A DNA stretch of 64,000 nucleotides from a virus (lineage: Duplodnaviria; Caudoviricetes). The stretch is from IMG/VR virus record IMGVR_UViG_3300028591_000070, positions 96,001-160,000 of that record; one strand, 5' to 3'. A program made the translations under genes and the position numbers. The notes beneath the pieces are model-generated. The model ran no database searches, was not told the origin of the DNA, and saw only the letters and a program-made list of their open reading frames with translations. Positions 19,001 through 28,100 of the stretch are shown piece after piece (the stretch's first letter is position 1; the number at the start of each line of letters is the position of its first letter).

Positions 19001-20117
19001 TGTTAAAGTTTCAAAAGCATTTAATTTAGAGAAATATAATAATGAGTATGATAGAGAAAATAATACAGGACTTCAAGTAGAATATTATAAATATAACGAA
19101 CTTTTACCAGAATATAGTTATCTCTATTCAAAGCCATCTGATGGAATTTCTATTAAAAAAGTGGTAGATGCTCAAGAGATTAATGGAAAAATGTATCACA
19201 ATAATATAAATACTATTGTAAAACATAGACCTCTAAATGGTGAGGCAATGCAAAAAGAAACATTTATTGGAGATAAAATTGAACTTAAAGAAGGTATGTA
19301 TCTAAGAGGAGAACAACTTCCATTACCAAGAGTTTCATTAAATATTAGTCCTTACATTCAAAATAATACTCAAAGAATTGAGTTTAAGCCTACATATGAA
19401 GATTATGCAAGTACTTATCGTAATCCAACAGTCCATTATGGAAACAGTTCTCAGAAATGTATTAAACTTATTGGTTCATTCCCAAATATTAAAATCGATG
19501 GTTTTGAATACCATATTCTTGCAATAAGAAAAAATATTTTCACTGGAGATGTTTTTGATAAATTGCCTAATGGACTAAAGATTATACCAGATGTAGAAAT
19601 TAAATACGCTGCAAACTATAAGCAAGAATATACTTCAGAGAGTGGTGAGCCAACTTCCCATAGTGCTACCACAACAGGAGAGTTCTTTATCGAGGGTCCA
19701 AGATTATATAAAAACTATGTTTATAGTATAGCATTATCTAATGTTGGTGAAAATAATACTGTTGCAATTTCTAATAAAAATTCTGTATATGCAGGTATTA
19801 CTGTAAATACTTCATGTTTGGTTGAAAACTATCCAAATGATAATAAATATATAGAGCATTTGAATATAATAAAGAGTACTACAGCTGAAAGAGCTTTACC
19901 TTATGACTTAGACTTATTAAGAGATATTATCTTAAATTCAGATCTTTTTATTTATAAGCCTACTACTAAAGAGGAATATTTAATAGATGCTAAAGATAAT
20001 GTTGTATTACAAGTTGGCAATTATGATATATCTATGCCTTCCAGAACTGAGGTAGTAAATATGTTCAAAGGAAAGATCAAACACGTTTCTGAATGTGATA
20101 TAGAATTTGTGCAATAA
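13029..20117 (+). CDS. giant virion structural protein (tail fibre/baseplate-associated candidate), 2362 aa
   Basis: Late motif at 13017; N-terminal beta-rich ASKEIKFGQPVS...IGIAIE...VGSTVYIT segment typical of phage fibre/cement domains; structural gene context. Confidence 0.55.
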   Translation: MNSNFDIPVEKLNEPGNLWIRPQNKQLRYSTDADKAASWLNPLPVYKASKEIKFGQPVSLTNYSQEHSISESGARARTIMPTNALENSSFIGIAIEYGEEKKEIHILNQGELVYEISKKDNPKYWLPPYHKNGDDFVFDWTDADVGSTVYITSNGSYTLNVDDVSGGNIMSVGKLVFAPKATETKEKQQKIIIHIQAGGDDRGVKDTAQFTVQMSSIIKPTSIESDYDQLIFVKINKDGLGEIIFNDDAITNDIESSPVGAIMVKSEDGLCDLTPIIGKKITLVRMGLISGNFGFNTNNVGKIGLLNDGRVAFKSAKDYSLKVGLFKSYSGDTQDFLVDCRFPMEGAESGDKIGTIKPVFGPSDDPLLDIGYALVDNEIHRTTFIRNDSVDKSGIDWEDLIKNCYTKDIFEFGRKINGKYVFSRVLEEFNGKSWSLDIYDTDETVAILNPETFFKFRNLYYTINSDNGIKQVACQIKFNQDSINTNEECIWPEEAYKIKLKATSDKEDYVLGGKGPKSTLFCNISRLVAIGNYMDGNGSNIETYDITVKVQSTGQILAPGFYQNKDGKWCGYEWFIYSNNGLTYLYMSTIPSGVDAKDCNGINTIIAGEKLTSSDPEETLIVTVRRRPTLYNAVYLNQYPTNNPWMPYVDGNTGNLITENAIYFGSPSKLLNQNQTGDEDEATSGMEFNEAGRNGKIELITEDSGKVVTLSTQVRGSTNTPTFKDKKQVIKSDGSISNTIEWEYDFANNVTSLNSYFAPILISRNSKKDEIDLVPLSYQLNNDIVTTSDFNEYLHDNSISALEILDTFYFRNIKYTKDAKKSTISTLLGDDTDNSKILFPEVDILANNYSINSESLSAYKDFLYVDNKYIDYMSFMSLIGLSTKDLFSKVLRLERIVNGVDFNKNVNSQIEYSDNSLDYIDNIGLLRTAGYLKNSLILIDSFNLDHLETNEALFPDNNYISIIDRYIIENFYHYTNSDELKTRYIDYRDKSFFDRLQSVFNYTHQKNSNVAQMYIAFNDLDMNEYSYRVGDFFKFLNNNKYSLSPQDVYEGKTISADKIVFRKNVLGYDALCKDKNGYGYEGLVTEPEPTKDVYQISTDSYNPEETYYENVGSRIFVVKSLKEEDYSPNKYYIKRTIDNKYQGYPFRWPIYKDSAFNELDVEYNFFSKNTYGLDDSIAIYDDNRNKTISSFSSQSLEGITFDTISKLSFLYSCFDNNHTFESQMTWLLPFFVDDGTDFKYELKRLSQAKSIKAEDNKIYSAFVTRDNKIIELGSLIYNAYRFMFFESNAFNDTDASSINYENKFLDWRQRILGEVAHKNGVKTSKSIDFIFDLGDNKTYKFSILDNIETYKKFIFLVTQGKLARIKKILENDPYNAYKTYGDFFKKDYLISIDISTNEGIEEAKNSIANYLYSGISDDKLNLLSKFSVTPATTGPNDEYNQLGSYSTIVSEIKSLRLVEDVTLSELQEFFTFIESFNNPSSDSRWDSFEIIDYARVAAYGSKNIVYYNESAYKTFNNIPSETNLKFNFTQILNKAIKDSNDLIDTQDTASLKVVWPSEINTYGQKQESLTFAKNNINQFIDRKVSDDTTTNGNIGIINIKTNPVSRISIIDENNIPDITVAELKLLLEGDETICNKCGIDNNEIKEYNLNIEPLKNATLDWTIPVVTLGDDQFKTLFEIRNLQYQQISAYNNSNVDEEILSTAVIDYSKEAIIYDLIKQGLNYDTAKLFADGILTEGVNISGGFIHNPQLQTTYGLLNTDLYGEVKEDGHIQYGSKLEGYILHISSKEDKNINDFKLKDLYNYNNIDQLILAAEKSNCDVLLQNLSTIKNYIELFFSHCDKILKDLSVSGKQSPIEIKGTTYIDDFVDSEITNKNFNELKKSLDSITTIKKEIPTDSNITGVDAYSPIVNSYFAELANDCVEIFRKIAHILQNNLNLSESDAKLVADIANARVSLDLPTNQLRESIIKTAIEVINKSNFTLDMQKPSDMEDVKVSKAFNLEKYNNEYDRENNTGLQVEYYKYNELLPEYSYLYSKPSDGISIKKVVDAQEINGKMYHNNINTIVKHRPLNGEAMQKETFIGDKIELKEGMYLRGEQLPLPRVSLNISPYIQNNTQRIEFKPTYEDYASTYRNPTVHYGNSSQKCIKLIGSFPNIKIDGFEYHILAIRKNIFTGDVFDKLPNGLKIIPDVEIKYAANYKQEYTSESGEPTSHSATTTGEFFIEGPRLYKNYVYSIALSNVGENNTVAISNKNSVYAGITVNTSCLVENYPNDNKYIEHLNIIKSTTAERALPYDLDLLRDIILNSDLFIYKPTTKEEYLIDAKDNVVLQVGNYDISMPSRTEVVNMFKGKIKHVSECDIEFVQ

Positions 20118-20134
20118 AATAAGTTTTTTACAAT

Positions 20135-20181
20135 AAGAAAATCGCTTATTTAGTTTTTTACAATAAGCGATTTTCTTTTTT
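20135..20181 (+). terminator. intrinsic terminator-like hairpin
   Basis: AAGAAAATCGCTTATT...AATAAGCGATTTTCTT followed by T-tract. Confidence 0.7.
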
Positions 20182-20218
20182 AAATTGAACTACTAAGTAT
20201 TTTAATGGAGGACAATAC

Positions 20219-21166
20219 ATGAATAATCCTATTTCTTTTGTTCCAGGACAATATAATCCAGCAGGATTAGATGTTAATGGAGATGGACAGGCAGATATCA
20301 CATTACATGATTTACATGCGAGTATGATTCGCCGTCCACGTGGACAGGAAGTTAGAACCTTAAATCAGTATACAGGATATTTTTCAACATCAGAAGGAGA
20401 TTATCCAGTTTCTGTTGTTGCAAACTCAATGAAAGAAGCAGCAAAAATTCTTACAATGCCAGGTGTATTTGGACAAGAATCATTAGAGCCAACTATGATT
20501 AAATATGTTAAAGGTTCTGTAGCTGTTTCAGTTCCAGTTCATATGGTTGGTTTTACAACTGTAATCACACCAGCAGGAGCTATTGATTCTGGAGCTTATG
20601 CTACACCAGAACATGCAACTGTAAACAATGGTACAGATGTAATTTTCTCAGCTTATGAGCCATTTGGATGGAAGTTTGTTGGTTGGTACAAAGGTGACCC
20701 AGATAATGGTGGAACTTTAATCTCAGCAGACAAGATTTCTACAATCGACGTTTATGATCCATATTCAACATTAGTAACATACTATGCTAAATATGAGTTC
20801 CAGCCAATAATCAGAAATGGACGCTATATGGACGTTTCTCGTGGATGGACTTGGGAAATTGATACAGATGGCTATTCAAACTATGAAGGACGCATCATTT
20901 TAAGAGCATCTGAAGTAGCCGATTATTACTGGGTAATTACTGAAAAGAGAATGAATGCTGATGGTTCAGGAGTTTGGGTATTAGCACCAGATCCAACAGT
21001 AACTCAACCTGGTGGAGTTGAAGGTGGAATTAAGGCTTCTGTAGCATTTACACCATCTTATATTGGTTTAAATCTTGTATTCAAGACAATTGACCAGAAC
21101 CAATTCACATTTGATACAGACACAATCTGTAATCTTAGATGGGTTGGAGTAGATAATCAGCAATAA
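20219..21166 (+). CDS. virion decoration/surface protein with InlB-B-repeat-like (Flg_new) domain
   Basis: GTDVIFSAYEPFGWKFVGWY motif; DVNGDGQAD Ca-binding-like loop; strong SD GGAGG; ACTAAGTA late-like motif upstream. Confidence 0.6.
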   Translation: MNNPISFVPGQYNPAGLDVNGDGQADITLHDLHASMIRRPRGQEVRTLNQYTGYFSTSEGDYPVSVVANSMKEAAKILTMPGVFGQESLEPTMIKYVKGSVAVSVPVHMVGFTTVITPAGAIDSGAYATPEHATVNNGTDVIFSAYEPFGWKFVGWYKGDPDNGGTLISADKISTIDVYDPYSTLVTYYAKYEFQPIIRNGRYMDVSRGWTWEIDTDGYSNYEGRIILRASEVADYYWVITEKRMNADGSGVWVLAPDPTVTQPGGVEGGIKASVAFTPSYIGLNLVFKTIDQNQFTFDTDTICNLRWVGVDNQQ

Positions 21167-21183
21167 TTGATTAGCTAAAAAAT

Positions 21184-21211
21184 AAAGGAGCAGCAAAGCT
21201 GCTCCTTTTTT
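21184..21211. terminator. bidirectional intrinsic terminator
   Basis: AAAGGAGCAGC-AAA-GCTGCTCCTTT between convergent genes. Confidence 0.85.
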
Positions 21212-21226
21212 ATTTAATCAAGTTGA

Positions 21227-21811
21227 TTACTTATCTTCATCTTCACTTGATTCTGATGATTTATCTTCTATCTGAAGTTCTCCAAAAAGAGATCTTCGAA
21301 TTGGTTTTAATTCTTCACGAGGCTCCATGGAGATTTCAAGAAGACCATTTTCCAAATTGATTTTGGTTGTATTTACATCATAAAGCTTAGGATCAAATCT
21401 AAGTTCAAGAGTTTCATCTGTAGGAAGTTTCAATCCCTTATAAGAATAAACTCTTCCACTTTCATCAATATCTTTCTTTACTCTGATAATGATTTTATCA
21501 TCATCAATATCAACTTTTACATCCTTTTTTGAAATTCCACAAAGGCCAACCTCATAGTGAAGGGTTTTATCTTCTTCGGGTTTAACAAACTTTGAATGTG
21601 GTGGGAATGCAACATTTGACTCACTCTTAAGAAATCTTGCTGGAGATTTCAACATATAATTTTCAAAAAGTGGAGTGTGAAAGAAATCATTGAAAGTTGA
21701 ATTGAACATTGAGTTTACGATATCATCAAAAGATACATCATCATTAAACTCACCAGATTTTTGTGTAACGTTTCCGTTTACATTTTTAATAATAGAATAT
21801 TTTCCTGCCAT
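21227..21811 (-). CDS. small heat-shock protein (Hsp20/alpha-crystallin)
   Basis: FPP, EVGLCGISKKDVKVDIDDDKIII, LENGLLEI motifs. Confidence 0.85.
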   Translation of the reverse strand: MAGKYSIIKNVNGNVTQKSGEFNDDVSFDDIVNSMFNSTFNDFFHTPLFENYMLKSPARFLKSESNVAFPPHSKFVKPEEDKTLHYEVGLCGISKKDVKVDIDDDKIIIRVKKDIDESGRVYSYKGLKLPTDETLELRFDPKLYDVNTTKINLENGLLEISMEPREELKPIRRSLFGELQIEDKSSESSEDEDK

Positions 21812-21979
21812 AATTTTTTCTCCTCGAGTAAATTAAGCTAATCCATAAAGGTATTGCTTAAAGTCTCTATTATAGCTTTGTTAAATAAATATTTAAGAAT
21901 GATCTCAATATTCCGGACTAAGAGTATCACTCTCTTTATAATTTATATTAACATTAATAATTAGTACAATTTAAAAAAT

Positions 21980-22005
21980 AAAAGGTGGTTTTTCAACCAC
22001 CTTTT
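21980..22005 (-). terminator. intrinsic terminator
   Basis: AAAAGGTGGTT-TTTC-AACCACCTTTT downstream of 22023..22364. Confidence 0.8.
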
Positions 22006-22022
22006 AAAACCTTAAACTCTAA

Positions 22023-22364
22023 TTAAAGAGCTGGGTCATCTGCAGCAAGAGCAGCATCATCTTCAGCAGCAGGTGTATCTCCTGCAACTGGAGTTTCGAT
22101 AGCTGAACTTCCAAGGATTCCCTGGATTGTAGCAATTGCTGCATTCAAAGCTGAAACCTGTTCACCTGTAAGTGTGAGAGGTTCTGCAGCTGCTACGTCT
22201 GCAACTAAAGCAGGTTCTTCTGTTGGAACAGCTGGTGTTTCGATATCAGCGCCAGTAACTCCATCATCAGGAACTCCTGCATCACCATAAATAGAATTGA
22301 ATGTTGCGTTGTCTTCATAAGAGTCGTCAAACATTCTAATTGCATCTTCACGTAATGATCTCAT
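22023..22364 (-). CDS. acidic prohead core/internal protein candidate
   Basis: Very acidic and Ala-rich; N-terminal LRE-D; co-transcribed with the scaffold-like gene. Confidence 0.5.
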   Translation of the reverse strand: MRSLREDAIRMFDDSYEDNATFNSIYGDAGVPDDGVTGADIETPAVPTEEPALVADVAAAEPLTLTGEQVSALNAAIATIQGILGSSAIETPVAGDTPAAEDDAALAADDPAL

Positions 22365-22386
22365 AATCTATATTTTCTCCTCTTAA

Positions 22387-23640
22387 TTAGCCAAGCAATC
22401 CTGTCTTCATAGACTCTTTCAAGCTCTTGAAGTCCAATTTTGGAGCAAAATAGCTCTCAACATAGCGGTTTGTTACTTCAGACTCAGAAATCTTTGCAGG
22501 AGTTTCTGTCTTTGTTTCTACAGATTCTTCTACTTTCTTTTCTTCAGTCTTAGCTTCTTCTGCTTTTTCTTCTTTCTTAGGCTCTTCTTTAGCTTCTTCC
22601 TCTTTCTTTTCCTCAGATTCTTTCAAACCTTTTGTTTCAGAAGCAGGAATATCTTTTGTAGGCCAAGTCTTAGCAGGTTTAATTTCTTTAGCTGCTGGAC
22701 CAGAAGCATAACCTTTAGCGAGCTCTTCTTCAGATGGGATATGATCCCAGTCATCTTTTGATTCCTGAAGAACACCAAGATGTGTAAGATAAGCTTTTCC
22801 AAGGTCTCCCTTATAGTGCTCATTCATAACATCTAACTTAGCAGCACGGTAAGCAATGCGGTTTTCGCGGTCGCCATACTTTTCAATAAGAGCTGCACCT
22901 TTTTCAGCCATAACATTCTTGAAAGTAGCTTCATCAATCTTTTCGCCATTAGCGCGAATAGCATCAAATGCTTCCATTACTGGCTGAGCTGCTGCATCAG
23001 CAACACCTTCTGGATTCTGTCCTGTAACTGCACCAACATCAGAAGTTGGAGCTGAACCGAATTCATTAACTTCAATACCGGCTGAAGCTTTAAGAGCATC
23101 CAAAGCTGCTTGAAGCTGTGTAATCTGCTGTTGTACCTCAGGTGATACAGTTGGAGCTGCAGTAGGAGCGGCACCTTCTGGAGCAGGAGCGGCAGCAGGG
23201 TCAACTGGGGCAGCTGCTGGAGCAGCACCAGGAACTTCTGCTTCCTGAACTTTTTCAGTAGATTCTTCTACCTTTTCTGTAGACTCTTCAACTTTTTCAG
23301 CTGTTGACTCTTTTACAGGTTCTGTAGATTCTTCTACTTTTGTAGCAGTTGTTTCAGGAGTTTCTGTTGATTCCTGAACTTTTGTTTCTTCAGTCTTTAG
23401 TTCTTCAGCATTTTCCTGAATATGTGGTTTTTCTGAAGTAGGAATTTCAGCTTCCTTAAGGAAGATTCCTTTTGCATTAGCTGCTTTTACAGCTTCACGA
23501 AGTTTGCAAGCATCTCTGTAAGTAGCTGCTTCACCGAGGGTAGCTTCCTTGTATTTTTTGAAGTTTTCCCATACAACTTTGAAATCATTAAGAGGCTTTT
23601 CAGTCTTTTCTGTTGATTCTGTGAGTGATTTTCTAATCAT
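22387..23640 (-). CDS. prohead scaffold/core protein candidate
   Basis: Glu/Ala/Lys-rich; many (L/I/V)xE-(S/A) motifs including tandem EKVEEST repeats; late motif at 23753-23760. Confidence 0.6.
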   Translation of the reverse strand: MIRKSLTESTEKTEKPLNDFKVVWENFKKYKEATLGEAATYRDACKLREAVKAANAKGIFLKEAEIPTSEKPHIQENAEELKTEETKVQESTETPETTATKVEESTEPVKESTAEKVEESTEKVEESTEKVQEAEVPGAAPAAAPVDPAAAPAPEGAAPTAAPTVSPEVQQQITQLQAALDALKASAGIEVNEFGSAPTSDVGAVTGQNPEGVADAAAQPVMEAFDAIRANGEKIDEATFKNVMAEKGAALIEKYGDRENRIAYRAAKLDVMNEHYKGDLGKAYLTHLGVLQESKDDWDHIPSEEELAKGYASGPAAKEIKPAKTWPTKDIPASETKGLKESEEKKEEEAKEEPKKEEKAEEAKTEEKKVEESVETKTETPAKISESEVTNRYVESYFAPKLDFKSLKESMKTGLLG

Positions 23641-23791
23641 TCTTTTTTCTCCTTATAAAACATATTTAAGGTTTTTATAATTTATACTGCGCCATATAGT
23701 TAACTCACTCTATAAATATATAGATGTGACAAATTATAAAAGCTTTATTTAATAATTAGTAGCAGACTCATAAAAGACTAAATATAATATC

Positions 23792-25147
23792 ATGAGATCA
23801 ACATCAACAATCGATAAGTTGTATGACCAATATAAGCTACAGGACTGGGATATAAATGCTGATAACCTTAATCCAAAAAGAGAAATGCTTATGGGTCAAG
23901 TTAAACAATTGGAAAAAGCAATTCAAAGTTTAACTGACGATATTGTTAGAAAACGAATTACTCCTAAACAAGAAGATATTGAGATGCTTACTACTTCTTT
24001 TGGTGGTGAATCCACAGTTGGTAATTTGGGTAAAACAATTGCTTCAATAAATGCTGGTTCTGATGATGGAACTATATTTGGAGAAGGCTTACCATCTGAT
24101 GTTGAAGAACAAATTGCTTTATTACAGGCTGAGTTAGGACCAGTTGTAATAGATTGTAAAAAGATTTTAAGTAAATATAATTTTGATGTTGCAAGCTCTG
24201 AAGATATTGATGATGAAGATGGTGAGCATACTTATGTTGTGAATACGGATGATATAGACTCATCAAATAGACCTAAAACAAATGATGTTCTTGAGGAACT
24301 CAACTTAGATGGTTTACAAAATGATAATTGTGCCGCAGCAGATCTTACAATCTTAAAAATCTTTATTGCCATATTAAAGATATTTCAGATAATAGTTAAG
24401 ATTTTGCAGTTTCTTCTTGAATTACCAACTATTTTAGCAGAACTTATTGAATTAGCAGCAATGTGTTGGATTAACCCACCATCTATTGCTTTATTGGTTC
24501 AAATTATTTTGGATTTAATTACTTCTTTAATAGTTGCTTTAATTTCAAATCTTATTAAGTTTTTATGGGATTTATTAGGATTAGATTGTATATCACAACA
24601 AGCAACAGATTTATTAGATAATATTCAGGATTTAATTTCAAAGTTTAAGAATACTGCAGCTTTAATTGATATTGGAGCTGTAGGATTTATGTTTGATGGT
24701 ATTTCTACTCAGATTGATAATATTTCTGATTTAATTAAAAAATCTATAAATGATATGAAAGAGGATTGGAATGAGGCGGTCAATAAAGTTAAGGATTACT
24801 TTTCTGAAGAAGGTCTTGAAAATCTAAAAGAAGCAGCAATTGATGCTGCAGTAAATACTTTACAAGATGAATATTCTGAAGCTGTAAATGGAAATACAAA
24901 CGCAACTATAAATAAAGGAATAAATGACGTTACTAGAAGTTTAGCTCATGGTACAATTATTGAAGATGCCAAAAATAAAGCTATACAAAAATATAATGAT
25001 ATGACAAATGCTTATTACTCTGCAATGGAAACGGCTACTTCTACAGTAGACAACCTTAAAGAGTCATTTGCAAGAATGCAAGACTCTACTACAAAATTAG
25101 GTGAGTTAATTTCAGACGTATCACTTGGTGATTTGGAGATAGAATAG
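23792..25147 (+). CDS. virion protein with long hydrophobic helical hairpin
   Basis: ~80-aa Ile/Leu-rich stretch flanked by coiled coils; ACTAAATA motif at 23777. Confidence 0.55.
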   Translation: MRSTSTIDKLYDQYKLQDWDINADNLNPKREMLMGQVKQLEKAIQSLTDDIVRKRITPKQEDIEMLTTSFGGESTVGNLGKTIASINAGSDDGTIFGEGLPSDVEEQIALLQAELGPVVIDCKKILSKYNFDVASSEDIDDEDGEHTYVVNTDDIDSSNRPKTNDVLEELNLDGLQNDNCAAADLTILKIFIAILKIFQIIVKILQFLLELPTILAELIELAAMCWINPPSIALLVQIILDLITSLIVALISNLIKFLWDLLGLDCISQQATDLLDNIQDLISKFKNTAALIDIGAVGFMFDGISTQIDNISDLIKKSINDMKEDWNEAVNKVKDYFSEEGLENLKEAAIDAAVNTLQDEYSEAVNGNTNATINKGINDVTRSLAHGTIIEDAKNKAIQKYNDMTNAYYSAMETATSTVDNLKESFARMQDSTTKLGELISDVSLGDLEIE

Positions 25148-28100
25148 TGGACTACACACAATTTGAAAAACTTTTAACAAATGCAAACATTATAAAAACA
25201 ACTCTCTCAGATACTCCTAGTAATTTATATGATGGAGCAACTTCATTTGAGTCTAAAAGAGCAAACTCAGTAGATAATTATGGCCTTAGTACAAAATTAA
25301 AAGCAGTTTATAGCACATATTTAGATTTAATTAGAGGCCAAAAGAAAACTCATGATACAATTGCTAAATTAGAATCAATTGACCTTTCAAGCACAAATAA
25401 TAATGCTTTATTGGATGATAGCCTATCTCAAGATCAGGTAGCCAAAGAATTTATAGAAGGTGTAGAAGCTCAAAAAGCAAAAGAAATAATTAAACTATAC
25501 TTTTCTCAATACCTTAATAAATTAAATTCAGATATGCAATGGCGTATTGGCCAACCTATTGATAGTATTACTGAGGTAGATGATGCCTTTTTAATTAATG
25601 GAAAATATCCTTCTAGAGGATTCATCATTCCAACTAGAAATGACACAATTTATAATGGAAAAACTTTTCCAAAAGATGATACAAGATTCGTTAGTTATGG
25701 CTTTCCTCCATATAAAGTAGAGCTTGAGAAAAATATTATTGAAGATACAACAGTCACTTCAGATAATCCAGACTCAACTTTTGATTTTAAGGATTACTCA
25801 ATAAATAGAGAAGAATACACTTATCGTGAGATGGGTATGAAAGCCCTTACAAGTTATATCGACTATCTCCAATATCTTACCGAAGGTGCAACAGGTATTG
25901 TTTCAACTTATATCACAGAATGGGATCTTTCAAACTATATGCAAGAAAATCTTATGTCTGTAACTGATAACAATATTGACTTAACCTTAAATTATCGTAT
26001 CAGACAAGATAATCCTTTCTCAGATAGAGAAGAATATCGTGGAGATAAAGCTCTTTGTTTTAATGTTTGTGGTTCTTCTGTTTCTAAGTTGTATCATGAT
26101 AATGAGAAATTATGGCTTCCATCTGATTATGTTTATTCTTCTTGGTGGACTCCATATCTTGAAGGAATTGATTTTAATCTTAAACAACTTAAATTACCTC
26201 AATATGACACATCTATTTCTTATATGGACTGCTATGATAATTTTGACATTTCATATAATTATGACTCACAAACAGATATTTTAAATGTAATTAAACATCA
26301 AGATATATTAAATTCTATTCTTTCTTGTAAAACAAGTTTTACCACAAGATATTATGATGCATTCTATTCTTCATCAGAAGATGCTTTAAGTGATTATGAT
26401 GTTATGCTCGAAGAATACACAAATGAGGCAGCTGGTTCATCATCCTGTAGAGATGTTGCATCTTTAATTCAAGATAGCAAGATTGAAATGCTTTGTGCAG
26501 GTGGGTATGAGAATGCTTTATATTCTGCTGCTTTTTCTCAAGGTGGTTTATTTGGTAAAAGAGCTATTATTAAAGCTCTTGAAAAAAATGGTGAATATAA
26601 AAAGAATGAGCTTATAAATCAAAGTTCTCAAAAAAACTCAGCAGATATTAAGATCTCATCAGATGGAATTATTGATGATTTAATGCATTCTAATAATATG
26701 AATGGAGCAACTTTGGCTAAAATGGATGGTATTTCAAGATTTGCTCCAGCTATTTATGGAGGAAATCATGGTGCTTGTTATTCTCTTAATTCTTTAAGAG
26801 GTCATTTTGATAATACAATCTTAAATCTCAATACACCTACATTAAATTTAACTCCAGCTTCAAATGATTTTTCTAATATGGAAGCCAAATATATAAATAG
26901 TGAATCATTTCAGATTTGTAGATCTCCTACTATGAATAAGAGAATTCTTTTCGATGGTGAACTTCATTATGTTTATCGTTTAGCTTTTAAAATAGTAAAA
27001 ACTACTCAGGAAATAGAGGCGGATATTTTTATCAATAAGTTTGGTAGATATGATTATTCTTTCCCAGTAACTAAAAATGGCAGAGCAGTTGTTTATTCTG
27101 GAAAACAATATACTAAAAGAAAAACATTTAAGGTTGCAGATATTTTAGCAGCTACAAATGAGAAAAAAGAAAAATTAAATTATTATTCTATTTTTAATAA
27201 TAATTCTATTTTAACACCAGATAGATATGACCCAAAACAGAATTATGTTACAATTGAAGTTCCTTGTAAACAAGCAACCTATTTTGATGCTCGATTTGGA
27301 TTAGTAAAATTGCCAATCATAAATGATAATCCAGACATAGAATGGACTATCACTATGCATAAATTTGATGAGTATGCTGCTGATACTCTTTTAAGTGGAT
27401 CATTTTTAAGAACTGTAAAAATTGCTGATAAAACTGCTTTTAGAAGTGATAAATTATCTCATGAAGCTATGTTACAAAATCCAGGATTTATTTTAAGATT
27501 CCCAGGACACCCAGAAAAAGAGCAAGAAGTCATTAGGAATATGATGTGGTATGGAAAAGGCTTAAATAATAATAATCCTATCTATTTATATTTCTTGGAA
27601 GGAAATAAAGAAAAAAGATATACTGAAGGACCAGAAAGTATCATTAAAGCTCCTTGTTACATTAAATATTATGATGCTAAACCTAAAAGAAAATCTATTT
27701 TTAGAAAAATTATAGACTTTTTATTTAATAGAAATAAAGTTGAAAAAACAAATGTTCCTTATATTTATGTAGACTTATTTAATGCTGTACAGTTTTATGA
27801 TGGACTTAATAAAAATATAAATTATGTTCCAGAGAGTGGATTTAAGCCATTGCATACAAGTAGTGATGCATTCTTTAAGAAAGCTAGTACTGAAGCTGTA
27901 AATCCTGTTCAAAAACTCCATAAAATAAACCAGGATATTTTGATCTCACAAAAAGGTTCTGTGTCTATCTCTAATGTAGGATTAGATGGAATTGGTATTC
28001 TTACTGGATTGATTGGATTAAACTCTAAAACTCAGGATCTTATTTCTATAGGTTCTGATAATGTAGCATTAGATAGTGGTTTAGGCGTAGATTATAGCAA

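Noticed and set aside
13029-20117. Diversity-generating retroelement target in the giant fibre-like genes
   Set aside because: No reverse transcriptase or template/variable repeat pair seen in the window
20121-20168. Short direct repeat AGTTTTTT(T)ACAATAAG x2
   Set aside because: Only two AT-rich copies, forming part of a terminator-like hairpin; not an array
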